Part shown: positions 13,481-25,801 of the stretch, in pieces | How the letters are laid out: each line of letters starts with the position of its first letter | Position numbering within the stretch: the first letter of the stretch is position 1 | Assembly: GCA_017499595.2 (NCBI GenBank) | Contig: CM039000.1 | Location: 1,178,001-1,242,000 of the forward strand | Source: Psilocybe cubensis | Taxonomy: Eukaryota | Length of the DNA: 64,000 bases | Direction of reading: 5' to 3' | Notes under the pieces: generated by a model | What the model was told of the DNA's origin: nothing | Database searches by the model: none | Seen by the model: the letters and a program-made list of their open reading frames with translations, nothing else | Made by a program: the position numbers and the translations under genes

Positions 13481-13922
13481 TGTATGTCTCAAGCTTCAAG
13501 AATTAATATCAGCGCCTTCATTCTTATTTTTCTGGTATAGGAGGATGAGGATGAGGATGAGGATGAGCGTGGTCGTGGTCGTGGTCGATGGTAAAGTCAA
13601 TGGAACGGCGAAGGTAACACATGTGCATAGAGAGTCAGAGACATAGAGACATACAAACTCTTTTTTTTTTTTTTTTTTTCATATTTCTTTTTTCCATGTT
13701 TCTTTTTTGGTTGAGCGGTTGAGTGGTGAGAAGGATGAGTGGATGTTGATAGTGCGAAGAGGTATGTATGTGTTATATGAGTATGTGAGTATGTGAGTAT
13801 GTGTGTATGTGTACTTTTCCCCTCGCCCTCCCCCTCCTTCTCCTCCCCATCCCTCAATCCCCAATACCCAACCCAACCCCCTCCCCTCCCCTCATCTAAA
13901 CAACCCCCCCACACGCGCACCC

Positions 13923-15593
13923 TCACCTAAACAACCCCCCCACCCCCTCAACCGCCCCCCGCGGATCCTCAGCATGCAAGATAAAAAAGCCCTGGAGAGC
14001 AGCCATGCTCACGCGCCGGCCTGCGTCCATCTCGGATTGGATTGTGTGTGCGAGGGATTTGGAGAGGGATGCGATGTCGAGGTCGAGGTCCGGGGATGTG
14101 GGTGGGGGTGATTCCGTTGATGGCGTCGACGGGGACGTTGTCGCTGAGGACGTAGAACCAGAACCAGCACCAGCACCATAAAACCGCTCGAAAAGCACAC
14201 ACGCCTGCGCCGGCACCGCGTCGTCGATGAGCACGCCCATATCCACGCGGCCGGGTCTGACGAGCGCGGGGTCGAGCCGGGCAAAGTGGTTGGTGGTCAT
14301 GAAGACGAGGCGGGCGGATGCGGACGAGGCGACGCCGTCGAGTGCGTTGAGGAGGCCGGAGAATGTTATTGATGATTGGTAGCTGTGTCAGGGAAGGGGT
14401 TAGTGAGTGAGGGGGAGTGAGGGGGAGAAAAGAAAGAAGGACGCACCCGTCTTCAGTCGTCTGGGCGCGGCGGTTGAACGCGGCGTCGACGTCCTCGATG
14501 AGGACGAAGCTGCGCTCGGGGGCGTTGGCGAGGAGGTGGAAGAGTTTGTCGTCGGTGAGGCCGCGCTCGGAGAGGTTGAGGACGCAGATGTCGTAGCTTA
14601 GTTCGCCGGCGAGGGATTGGATGAAGGAGGTTTTGCCGGAGCCTGGGGGGCCGTGGAGGAGGTAGCCGCGGCGGTAGGGGATGCCTGTGTGTGTGTGGGT
14701 TAGTTTTCAAGGGAGGAGGGGAGGGGAAGGCGTACCGCGGTCTGCGTACCACTCTCGACGACTCAGAAAAGTGCGCAGGTCTCTCTCGATCCCCTCTGCG
14801 ACGCCCGGCGCGAGGACAACGCTCTTTAAAGGGCGCTTCGCGCGCGGCAGGCCAAACGGGCGCCACTCGGTGCCCCAGGCAGTATGCACCACCAACCGCC
14901 CCTCCTGGCCCTTCATCGCCGCATCGCGCGCGTCAGCGAGGAGAAGAGGGAAGACGGCGCGCGCGGGGGAGAGCGCGGTGAGTGTGAGTGTCTCCCAGGG
15001 CTGGCCGGACATGAGCGCCTGCGCGCGCGCGTCGCGTTCGCGGGAGAGACGCATCCAGTGCCCGGCGTAGTGGATGTAGTGTGTGCCCGGACCGGCGACG
15101 AGGCGGAATGCGGCGGAGGAGGAGCCGTTGGGGTGCGTTTGGAGGCTGGTTTCGACGGAGAGGTTGTGTGAGCGGGTGAGCGTGGATGTGAGCCGGCGGG
15201 TGAGCGGGTTTAGGGAGGGTGAAGGTGGGTGGTGGGCGAGCCAGGCGAGGAGCCACTCGTAGGATTTGTCTTTGTTGTTTAGTTCTAGTGTCACGAGCAT
15301 CCGCCGTTGGAGCGCTGCTGAGCCTACCACCAGCGATTTGCGTAGGATCGAGAGGCCGACGCCCAGGCCCTGTGTCTGTTAGATATTGTGATAGAGAGCT
15401 GGGAAGAGGCGTACCATGAGGCCAAAGCCGGCTTGGAAGTAGGGACTGCACTTGATGAGAGCTCAGCGGGAGTACACGCGCACTGGGCAAAAACGCACTT
15501 GTCATTGAGAAACGACTGGATAAATGAGGAGGATTCCGCCGGCAAGGGCAGCGCTACTTGTGCAGCCGCCGGGACATGTTCGGGGTGCTGCAT
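13923..15593 (-). CDS. BCS1: Mitochondrial AAA chaperone Bcs1
   Basis: [62 protein letters not shown] (Walker A), MTTNH...[21 protein letters not shown]. Confidence 0.96.
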
Positions 15594-15791
15594 AAAGTCT
15601 CTGTCAAAATATAAAAACACACAAAATTTGGCTTGTAGATTTGAAAAGAAACATCTCGACAATTCGACATCACGAGTCGCGCGTTTCCGCCACTCAAATT
15701 AGGTAATTAAAAACGCGTCTTTGAACTTCTTTTCTTCCTCCTCTTTTTTCTGCTTCTTTCTCCTTTCTGTGACACTCTCAAACCACACACG

Positions 15792-18700
15792 ATGAGGCGT
15801 ACGCCCAACTCGTTAAATCTCGACGACGCACTGTCCATCCTCGGCCTCGAGGTCCGTGTCACCTTTGTTCAACTCGTTGCTTATTACCATTCGCTGTCTG
15901 TTTCTCACCTTTTTTCTAATTCTAACAGAAAGGCACATCGCTCGAAGCTGAAGTCGTCAAAACGGCGTATAAACAGGTCTGTTCCTCTTCCCTTCTTCCC
16001 TCTTTCAACTAGCACTAACACCCCTCTCCCCTCACACCCTTACACCCCCTCCCCCCTCGCACACAAAAAAACATAAACACATAAACACAAAGATGTCCCT
16101 CCGCACACACCCAGACAAAAACCCCGACAACCCAGACGCAACAGCCGCATTCCAGCGCGTAGGCGAGGCGTACCGCGTTCTCGTCGAGCATGTCGAGCGG
16201 TCCTCCTCTGCTTCCTCCTTTTCCCAGTTCTCCCAGTTCTCTTCGTCCCAGTTCTCTTCGTCCCAGTTCTCTTCCTCTTCCTTTTCGCAGTTCACCTCTT
16301 CATTTCCACACCCATTTTTCAGCGGGTTCGGGTCCGGGTTCGGGTTCGCGCCCTTCGCTGGAGGACCCGGACACGCGCATGGGGGACATGGACGAGAGCA
16401 TAAATGCGAACACTGCTCCGAAATGTCAGCTGACGAGGCGTTTGCATATGAGTTTTATGGCTACAGCTACGGTGATGATGATGATGAGGATTTTTATGGG
16501 TTTTATGGTGACGAGTTTGAATATGACGAGGATGAAGAGGATTATGAGGATGATGATGAGGAGGATGAGGGGGAGGGGGAGGATTATGAGGAGGGGGAAA
16601 GGGAGGGGCGTGGAAGTGGAAATGGAAGTGGGGGATATGCAAAGGGAAATGCAAATGGAAGTGCAAAGGGAAATGGAAATGGAAATGCAAAGGGAAATGC
16701 AAAGGGAAAGGGAAAGGGGAAGGGAAAAGAGAGGTACTTTGAAGAGGACGAGGACGAGGACGACGAGGATTTGGCGTTTTATATGTGAGTTTTTTTGCTC
16801 TCTTTTTCTTTTCGTTTTTTTGTCTTTGGGTTTTCTTTGCTTTTCGTTGTTTTTCTTTTTTTTTGTTTTCTTTTTCTATGGCTTGGTTTTTTCTTTGGTT
16901 TTTTTTTGTGGTTTGTGGGTTTGTGGGTTTGTGGTTTTGCGCTTTTTTTTTTTTTTTTTTTTTGGGGGGGGGGGGGGTTTGGTTTGTGGTTTTTTGTCTG
17001 CCGTTTCGCGGTTTGGCATTTTGGTCGGTGGTTTTGCAGTTTTGCGGTTTTGCGGTTTGGTCGGTGTCTGTGTTTGGTTTATGTTTGGTTTATGTTTGGT
17101 GTTTGGTGCTGCCATTTCGAATGGGGATGCGGATGCGGATGGGAAAGTGGATAAGCGCCCATCACGTCTGATGTCTGATGGTCGTGTGAGCGGTTGTGCG
17201 TGTATGTGTATGCACACGCCAACGGCTTCCTTCCTTCCTTGCTTCCTTTCCTTTCCTTTCCTTTCCTTTCCTTTCCTTTCATTTCTTTACGTATCAATAT
17301 CTTAACATGGGTATCAATATCTTAACATGGAACCATCATCATCTAACATTTTTTATACAGGCACATATTTGAACGGATTATGGCTGGGAAGATGTACCAT
17401 TCCGGATGGCGCTCCGGCGGCAGCGGGGGCGGTGGTGGTGGTGGTGGTGGTGGTGGGATGCCACCGAGGGGGAGGGGAAACCCGAAGGGAAATCCACATC
17501 GTAATCGTAAGTATCCATTATTATTATCATTATCATTATCACCATTCTTTTTTCTTCTTTCATTCTTTTTGGTTTTGGTTTTATATGGTCAACAACTAAT
17601 ACCCTGATACATACACTCAAACAGACACCAAACCCCCCACCCAAAACCCCAACCCCAACCAAAATCAAACAAAAGCCCAAAAACAATCCAAAGCCGAACA
17701 ACAATCCTACGAAGCACACCTTAAACGCACACGCGCAGAACAGGAAGCAGCTGAAGAGAGGAGACGGTGGGAGGATCAGGTGCGGAGGGAGAGGAGGGTG
17801 CGGGGGAGGGAGGAAGGTGGGTTTTAGGTTTTTTTCTGGGTTTTTGTGTTTTTGGTTGGGATTTTTTGGGGATTTTTTGGGGGGTTTTTTGGGAGGGGGG
17901 GGGGTTTGTGTTTTTGGTTGGGTTTTGGTTTTTTTTGGGAGGGTTTTTTGTGATTTTTTTTTGGGTTGGATTTTTGGCGCTTGGGCGCTTAAGCTTAGCG
18001 CTAAGCCTTGGACGGAGGTTTTGTGGGTTGGTGACTCGGTGATATCATAATGCTATTTTTAGAGTTGACTTGGGGGATTTTTTGTTTCGTGGTCGTGTTT
18101 TGCACTTGTGCCTACAGTTGCAGTTGCAGTTGCAGTTGCAGTTGCGCTTGCTTGCGAGTTTCTCCGTTCTTTTTTCGTCTTTCGTTCGGGGTGGAGTTTG
18201 GTTTTATCTCCCACCCTCTTTATCTCTCTTTCGTTTTATTTTTTTTTCAAACAAAAATCTAACCTACCTCTCTTTCCCCACCCCCTCTCCCCACCCACCC
18301 CTCCTCCCCCAACACACCCATCTACACAGCACACCTCGCCTCCCAAACCCGCCAAAAAGCCAAATCCAAATCCGAATCCAAAAAAACGCAACGGGCACAC
18401 GCGGACGCGGAGCGGCGCGCGGTGGAGGAGGAGAGGGCGAGGGTGGAGAGGGAGAGGAAGCAGGGTGTGAGGAGTTGGGTTTTTGAGTGTGCGAGGATGT
18501 GTGGGGGGGCGGAGGCGGGTGGGGGAGGGGGTGGTGGGGATGCGAAGGGGAATGTGATGGGAAAAGATAGTGGGAAGGGGAATGCAGGTGCGGGAGGAGG
18601 AGGGAAGAAGAAGGACGCAAAAGGAAATGGAAAAAGCAAAAGCAAGGGCGGGAACGTACCCACTAGTGGAAGGGATGCGGCGGTTGAAGAGGTGAAACGC

Positions 18701-20373
18701 GGGGTGTGGGAGGATGGTGTGGATGTGTGTGGGGGCGAGTTTTTGGACCGTCGTGTGCGTGCTAACGCGCGAGTGAATGTGGATGGGGATGCGAGTGCGA
18801 GTGCGGGTGGGGATGCGAATGGGGATGGAGAGAAGAAGGAGAATGCCAATGGAGCGAAGGAGAAGGAGGATGTGGATGAGAAAGAGACGCTTCTCCATAT
18901 CGCTGCGAAACGTGGCGATTTGGAGTTGGTTAGGTGGTTAGATGCGCATAGTACGTTCTTTTTTCCTCCTCCTCGATTTCGCGTGATTAGATAACTAACT
19001 AACTAACTTGCCCAACTTACCCAATTTACCCATCCCAATCCAATCCAACTCGATCCAACCCATCCCAATCCAACCCATCCCAACTTATCGGATTTACCCA
19101 ACCCAACCCGACCTAAACACACACACGAAACCCAACAAAAAAAACAGGTGCAGACCCCGAAGAACGCGACACGTGCGGACACACGCCGTTCCATGCCGCG
19201 CTGCGGTGTGGGCGCGTGGATGTAGCGCTGTATTTTGTGGAGGAGGCGTATCCTGTCGGTGAGCGGGATTCGAGGGGGGTTTATGTGCTTGGTTCTGCGG
19301 TGGATGAGGAGGAGGAGGAGGAGGAGGAGGAGGAGGAGGAAGAGGATAAAGAAGAAGAGGGAGAGCAGGAGAGGGAGGGGGATGGGAATGGGGAGGGGGA
19401 TGGGAATGGGAATGGAAGGGAGGAGCAAAGCAAGGATACGTTGTTAACTCTTGCGATTGGATCAGGCGAGCCGGAGCTCGTGTGGCTCGTTCTGGAGAAG
19501 ATGGGGCCGTTCAGGCCTGAGAGGGAGGAGGTGAGGCGGATGTATGTGGATTTGTGTGTGCGTGCTGGGGGTGAGAATGGGTATGAGAGTAAGGACAAGG
19601 ATAAGGATATGAAGGAGGGGGAGAAGGAGAAGTGGGGTGATATTGTGAAGCTTTTGGAGAAGTATTCGGGTGGTGCTGGAGAGGACGAGGAACAGGAACA
19701 GGAAGAGCAGGAGGAGGAGGAGAGTGTGCCAATACCGATGCCTGGTTCAGTGCCGTTGTTTGCCCAAGGAAAGGGAAAGGCGAATAAGCACCACCAACAA
19801 CAACAGCATCATCAACAACAGCAGCAGCAGCAAAAGCATGAGAAGAGGCCGGCGAAAGTGGATACGCAGGCGCAGGCGCGGCAGAACCAAAACCAAAACC
19901 AGAACCAGAACAAATATAAAGGCAAGAATCAGAAGAGTGCGGTGCCTTTGTCGCCTACGGGTACGTCTTCGACGACGACGGCGGCGGCGGCGTTGGCGTC
20001 GGGTGGGCAGAGGGGGTATCGGCAGCAGCAGCAGCAGCAGCAGAACCAGAATCGAGGTTCGAATCAGAGGCAAAGCAGGGATTACCAGAATCAGAATCAG
20101 AATAATTCTCAGAATCAGAACCAGAGAGAAGGACAGACGCAAAGGCAGAGGGGGTACCAGCATAACCAGACACAAAACCAGACACAGTACGCTGCGCAGG
20201 AGCGAGTGCAGGAGCCGGTACATGGACATGGACAAGCACAGGGACAAGCACGGGGGAAGGGGTATTATAGAGGTAGAGGGAGGGGCGGGGGAAGGGGGAG
20301 AGGGCGAGGTGGTGCGCAGCCGGGTCCGGGTCATATTCATACTCATGGTGCGCAGGGACGCGATGTTTATTAA
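15792..20373 (+). CDS. J-domain (DnaJ) plus ankyrin-repeat protein with expanded low-complexity tracts
   Basis: J-domain [34 protein letters not shown] (HPD motif); ankyrin repeats ETLLHIAAKRGDLELVRWL and GHTPFHAALRCGRVDVALYF. Frame followed by hand across the GT-AG junctions stays open. Confidence 0.88.
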
Positions 20374-21241
20374 GGCCTGAGGATGAGGCTTGGAATTTGG
20401 GTGCCAGGGTGGTCATGGCAAGCAAGTCTGCCTACGTTGTGGTTGTGGGAAGTACTTTGTATCGCCAACCTTGAAGATTGAGCTTGCGGACTTGGACTTG
20501 GACGCGGACGCGGAACCCTTTGCGTTTTTCGTCGGTTGCCGCGATTTCGACCTGGGTCTGGGTTTGAGAGTTTGAGAGCTTGCGGTTGCAGTTGATTGAT
20601 TTGGGTTCGGATCTGGGCGCGGGCTGGTGTTTTGTTTGCATCTGCATCTGCATCTGCGTTTGCATCTGCGTTTGTGTTTGTGTTTGTTGCTGTGGGTCCT
20701 TTTGCCCTTTTGATCTTTCCAGTCCTTCGTCCTTCGTCTTTTCCAATCCTTTCTTGCCTCGGGCGCGGTCGTCTTCGTCTTCGTGCAGTCTTTATACTGT
20801 CATGGGCTTTTTGCCTTGTTATTTCGCTTGTTTGAAAAAAATCAAGTTTGTTCTGTCGCTTTGCTTCGCCTGCATCCATCCACCTATCCGTCCATTCATT
20901 CATTCATTCATTCATTCTGCTTTCGCTTTTGCTTTCGCACTTTTATCATCTGTATATATTAATAGTTCCGTGAAACGTATCATTGCATTATATTTTTTCG
21001 TGTTGTCTGTCTATGTTAGTACTATAGTCTTGTTTTTTTGTTTTTGGAGTGTGGTTTTTAATTCAGGTGGTGGTGTTTTTAAAAGCTAATATTTTAATTT
21101 CAATGTACATACTGTTTTTTGTTTTTTGCATCTGTGGTGTTATCTTTTTTTTATGGTGTCGTATAGTTTTTTTGTTCATTTTCATAATCGTTATCGTCGT
21201 CGTCGTTATCATTTATTTTATTTTACTTCACTCGTATATTC

Positions 21242-21837
21242 TAGTGTTGCCGCCAGAGCGCAGTCACTCTGCAGTGACTGTGACTGCACTCTGTTTTTTC
21301 ATTCTCCGACACACTTCACAGCGCAACAAAGTCGCAGTGAAGTGCTCTGCAAAGTGTGCCGTAAATTGCAGTGTTGGATAATCTAGACTAAATATGGAAG
21401 TATTACATGCATTTTTGTCGAATACATGAGAATGTTCGGGATACTTACTATATTTGGAGGATATTTATTGCACATGACCTTTATCTATCTAGATAAGATT
21501 GCAATAAAATATTCAACAGTGCACGTGGTCCAGGTCCCTTTCATCTTGTCGTCGACACACATTTCTGCTTGGTTTTCGCTGGATTTGTTGCGAAAAGTCA
21601 AAAAAATTGCTACATTGAAGTGCCTTGGACTATTAGTACACTGACTGAGCAAATATATATAGACAAAATGACTTGCAAAGCGTCAACCTTTCGTCGACCA
21701 TTTTATGAGGTCGAGACGGTGAATGACATCACAAACACTTCACAGCACTTCACAGGGACTGTGATCACTGTGAAGCGTGTCACAGTCGCCCAAAAATGGC
21801 TTCACTGTCACTGCACTGCACTCTGGCGGCAACACTA
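21242..21837. mobile_element. Non-autonomous hAT-type DNA transposon (MITE), 596 bp
   Basis: TIR TAGTGTTGCCGCCAGAG(C/T)GCAGT at both ends (17 bp perfect, 23 bp with one mismatch). Identical 8-bp TSD GTATATTC at 21234-21241 and 21838-21845. Subterminal CACTTCACAG/CAGTGA repeats; no transposase ORF. Confidence 0.92.
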
Positions 21838-23603
21838 GTATATTCTTGGTATCATTACAAGACAGTTCAATTGAATTTTAGTTCAAATTCTACTTTTCTC
21901 CCTTGTTGTATAATCATAATCATAATCATTTCATAAATGATACATAATACATGCGTTTTCTTTCATTTATATTGTTCGCAGCCGCACTGTAGTACAGGTA
22001 CTGTACATAGCCGTGTTGTATATCACTCTTTATCTATTAAATTAAAATAGTATTAATTCCGAGTCATTGAAGATGATGTGCTGATTTGTTCATTTGTTCA
22101 TGTTCATGTTCATACGGTTCATTTTAGACTCGGGTGTGCAATTATATTGCAGCCTCAGGTTTTTTTGGGACATTTCGGTGACATGGACATGTTTTTCTTT
22201 TAGTTTTCTTTTAGTTTTCTTTTAGTTAAGGTTTGGTTTGGTTTCATTGTCGGTTAAGAGTAGCTTAGAAGTGTTACAGGTACAGGTATGTCGTTTGCTA
22301 TTTACGGTTATAGTTGTTGTGAGTTGTGAGTTGTGAGTCCGAGTCCTCAGTCGTGAATCGGGGAGGACATGAGGTTTGCTGGTAGTGGTATAGAGTCCGG
22401 AGTGATATTATCATTCTTCTATGTTGGTAATGTACTACTGTCTGTTGTTCAAATTGTAGGTAGAGTAGAATTTGTATATTCCTGCTGTGCTGCTGCCGCG
22501 ATGCTTGACAAAGAGCGTGCTTCGTCCCATCGTCCCATTGGACCCTTGCCCTTGCCCTTTCCCTGAACATCCTTTTATTTTAATTGAATTCAGTTTGAAA
22601 CGGACATGAGGTCTCTGCTAGGGGGGTCATGACATCAAGGCAAGTAATGTCCCATGTAAAATGAATGAATGAATGAAGTTTGACATTCAACTTGATGACA
22701 ATGCGGAGAACTTGAGTTTGAGTTTGAGTTTGATCGCCTTCATCATATCATCACTATGAGAGGAAATGAGGTGAGGTTGAAGGGACCGAGGGAGTCATGA
22801 CAGAATGTTATTTTTGTTTTTAATTTGAATTTTTAATTTTTGAATGTTTTAGGGTTTTGCTTTTGCCCTTTTTTGCGGTTCAATTGTAGTGAGTTTCTCC
22901 CATGGGTCTGGTCTTGCTCAACCCCGTCCCTGGTCAGAGTAGGGATTAGAAATTAGAGATTGGATGCTACGATGCATAATGCACCGTGCACTGTGCACCA
23001 AGAACCAGAGTCAGTCAGAGTTAGGATTCGTAATTGTGAATCCCTGCGTCATAGCTGACGACAAATCTGCCACCGTTGAAGTGACGGTACAATGACATCG
23101 CTCTTATCTTCCTCCGAGTCCAAGTTGTTATCTGGTTTTCGGTTTATCTGGCATATTAGACCCGATTTTGAAAGATGAAGGATCTTCGCTGATCCAGAAG
23201 AGCGCAAGAGCCATCTTCTGCCCTTCTGCTCGTTTTCGCGTTTGCACTGGCCTCCCCGTGGGGTCCAGGTGAAGGGTCCTGCACATCGTTCCTTCCGTTT
23301 ACCATTCAGTGCAATGTGCATTGACCCCATTTTTTCCAAAGTCGCCGGGATCGCCGGGACGCCGGGCCGGCGAGTGTGACTTCCATATTGGGACGTGGGG
23401 AGGCTGGAGCCCTCTGGAGGAAACACGCGCAAATACTAGGGACCCTCCAACCTGAACCGTGACTAGACTCGCGTTCGTCCATTCCAATTTAACGAACCTC
23501 TCTCTCTCTCTTGTAAAGTCAAGAAAGAAAAGAAAAGAAAAGAAAAGGCGACCTGACCAGTGACCAGCGAGCGCTTGGCTTGTAGACGTTCATTACATTC
23601 AAT

Positions 23604-25383
23604 ATGGGTCGGTTAGCAGAGATGCAGAGGAAGCTCTTGGAGGTACGTGTGGTTTTTGTGGTTGTTTTCTTTGCTTTTTTGCTTTTTTTGCTGACGCGGA
23701 GGGATGTATGTGTTGTTGTTGGTATTAGCAAATGATGGGTCCTGAGGCTATGGGTGTGGCCAATGCCAATCTGGTCTGGTCGGACGAGAAAGTGTGCAGG
23801 AACTTTTTGTGTGGGACGTGTCCTCATGCGCTGTTCACTAATACTGTGAGTTGCCCCCCTCTTCCCTTCTTCCCCTTCCCCTTCCCTTCCCATGCCATGC
23901 CCATTACAATACCAATACCAATACCACATCACCCCTTGTCCTTTTTGTTCGGTGTTCGAGAGGTCATCCGCTCATTTCGTTTTTCATTCATTCTTCCGGT
24001 TCCTTCTATTTCACACTGCGCATGGGCTCCTCTTCACGCTTTGCACTGCAATATAATCCCTTGTCTTCTCTCTTCCATCTGTGCTGATGCCTTTGCCTTT
24101 GCCTTTTGCTGACCTCCTTCCTTCCTTCCTTCCTTCCTTCCTTGTTCGTTCGTGATGCGTGATGGTGATGCGTTGAAACGGCGACTTAGAAAATGGACCT
24201 GGGAGCCTGTCCCAAATCACACACGGAGCGACTCAAGACCGAGTACCTCGCTGCGAAGGAGGCAGACCCTAACAACCCTATATTCAATCGGTTCCAGATG
24301 GAATATGAGGCCAACATCTTTGCCTTTGTTGATGAGTGTGATCGGAGGATTCGCGCGGCACACCGTAGGCTCGAGAAGACGCCCGAGGAGAACGCGAAAA
24401 CTACTAATTTGGTATGTTGCATTTTTTTTTGTGTTTTTGAGCTGTACCTTTTTTGCGCGGGTGTTTCAGTTTCAGTGCGTGATATTAATTCTTTTTTTGG
24501 GTGCTTGTAGATGAGGGAAATTGCGGAAATTGAGTTGGCTATTCAAGGAGGGACGGAGAAGATTGAGTCGCTTGGTAGGTGTTCCGTGTTGTGTGTGCGA
24601 GTCATGCTTACGCGTCTGGTTTTGTCTCTTTTTAGGTGAACAAGGAAAGGTTGACGAATCTATGCGCGAGATGGCGGCTATTGAGGCGTTGAAGAGTGAA
24701 AAGGCCGACAAGGAGGTGAGCCGACTACTGCTTATATCCGTGGATGACTGTGTTTCTGACTCAAGGAAACACGCAGCGCGAGTTGCAACAACTCACCGAT
24801 ACATCTGGCGCTTCAGGCCACCAAAAGCTACGCGTCTGTGACGTCTGCGGTGCTTACCTATCCGTTCTCGACTCTGACCGTCGTCTCGCGGATCATTTTG
24901 GCGGTAAAGTGCGTAAACCCAAACTTCTGCGCTTCCCACGCGCAAGCTCAAAAGTTTCAATTAACATTTCTGACTGATGCGAACCGACTTTGCCATTTTT
25001 TTTATTTGAAATGTTTCTCTCCGACCTATCTAGATGCATCTAGGGTACCATGAGCTGAGAAATATGCTCGGAAAGTTTAAGGAAGAGCGTGAGAAGAGGA
25101 AGATGAACCCCCCTAGCTCAGCGCCGTCTGCGGGATCTGGCGCAGCGCCGCCGTCGGGGCCACCGCGACCTGGGGGAGGCGACTACCGCTCGTCGCGCGG
25201 GGGAGACGATTATAGGGACCGGGGCGAGCGAGAACGGGGTGGAGGGTACGACCGACCGTCTTCACGATACGAGTAAGTCGTGTATGCCTCGTTCCTGTAT
25301 TGATTTCTCGTGCTGATCCGTGGGGTAGCAGCGACAGACGCAGGGACAGAGAGCGCTCGAGAAGCCCGAGACGGAGATTCTGA
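23604..25383 (+). CDS. LUC7: U1 snRNP-associated splicing factor Luc7
   Basis: MGRLAEMQRKLLE; VCRNFLCGTCPHALFTNTKMDLGACPKSH; QKLRVCDVCGAYLSVLDSDRRLADHFGGKMHLGY; RS-rich tail. Confidence 0.96.
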
Positions 25384-25801
25384 ATGGGTGATGAGACTGG
25401 CGGGGATGGAGGGAAGGGAAGGTGAAGTGTAAGGGAAAATTAAGATTTAGCATGTACAAGGTTGAGATTCCGGCGTTGTTTGTGTTTTCTTTATTATTCT
25501 GTAATAGTTATATTATTCAAGTGGGAGTCAGGTGTGCCAGTAAGGCAGGATCATCGATGTGAATTTGATGCATCGTACCGTGTGACATATGTGACGACAT
25601 GCTAACTGACGGAGCTTGATCTGCAAATCTGGCCCTTGACATTGCCACCATAGTCCCGGTAATCTGACTGGCTCTTGTCCACAACCACCACCACAGAGCC
25701 CTCCGTCCACGCTACCAACAACCACGACCCTCTCATAACAATCCTCTCTTCCCCTATATCTAGGGTCTCCTACAGCCGCCAAGGCTGCTAGTCTGTCTGG
25801 T

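Noticed and set aside
17291-17330. Exact 20-bp tandem duplication GTATCAATATCTTAACATGG
   Set aside because: A simple slippage duplication in an intron, covered by the expansion-domain finding.
10900-21400. Many overlapping ORFs with KP-, FGG-, poly-R- or poly-H-rich translations
   Set aside because: These are shadows of low-complexity introns and antisense frames; stop-poor repeats produce spurious ORFs.
23049-23480. ORF or ncRNA upstream of LUC7
   Set aside because: No recognisable protein motif and no snRNA, snoRNA, SRP or RNase P signature I could confirm.
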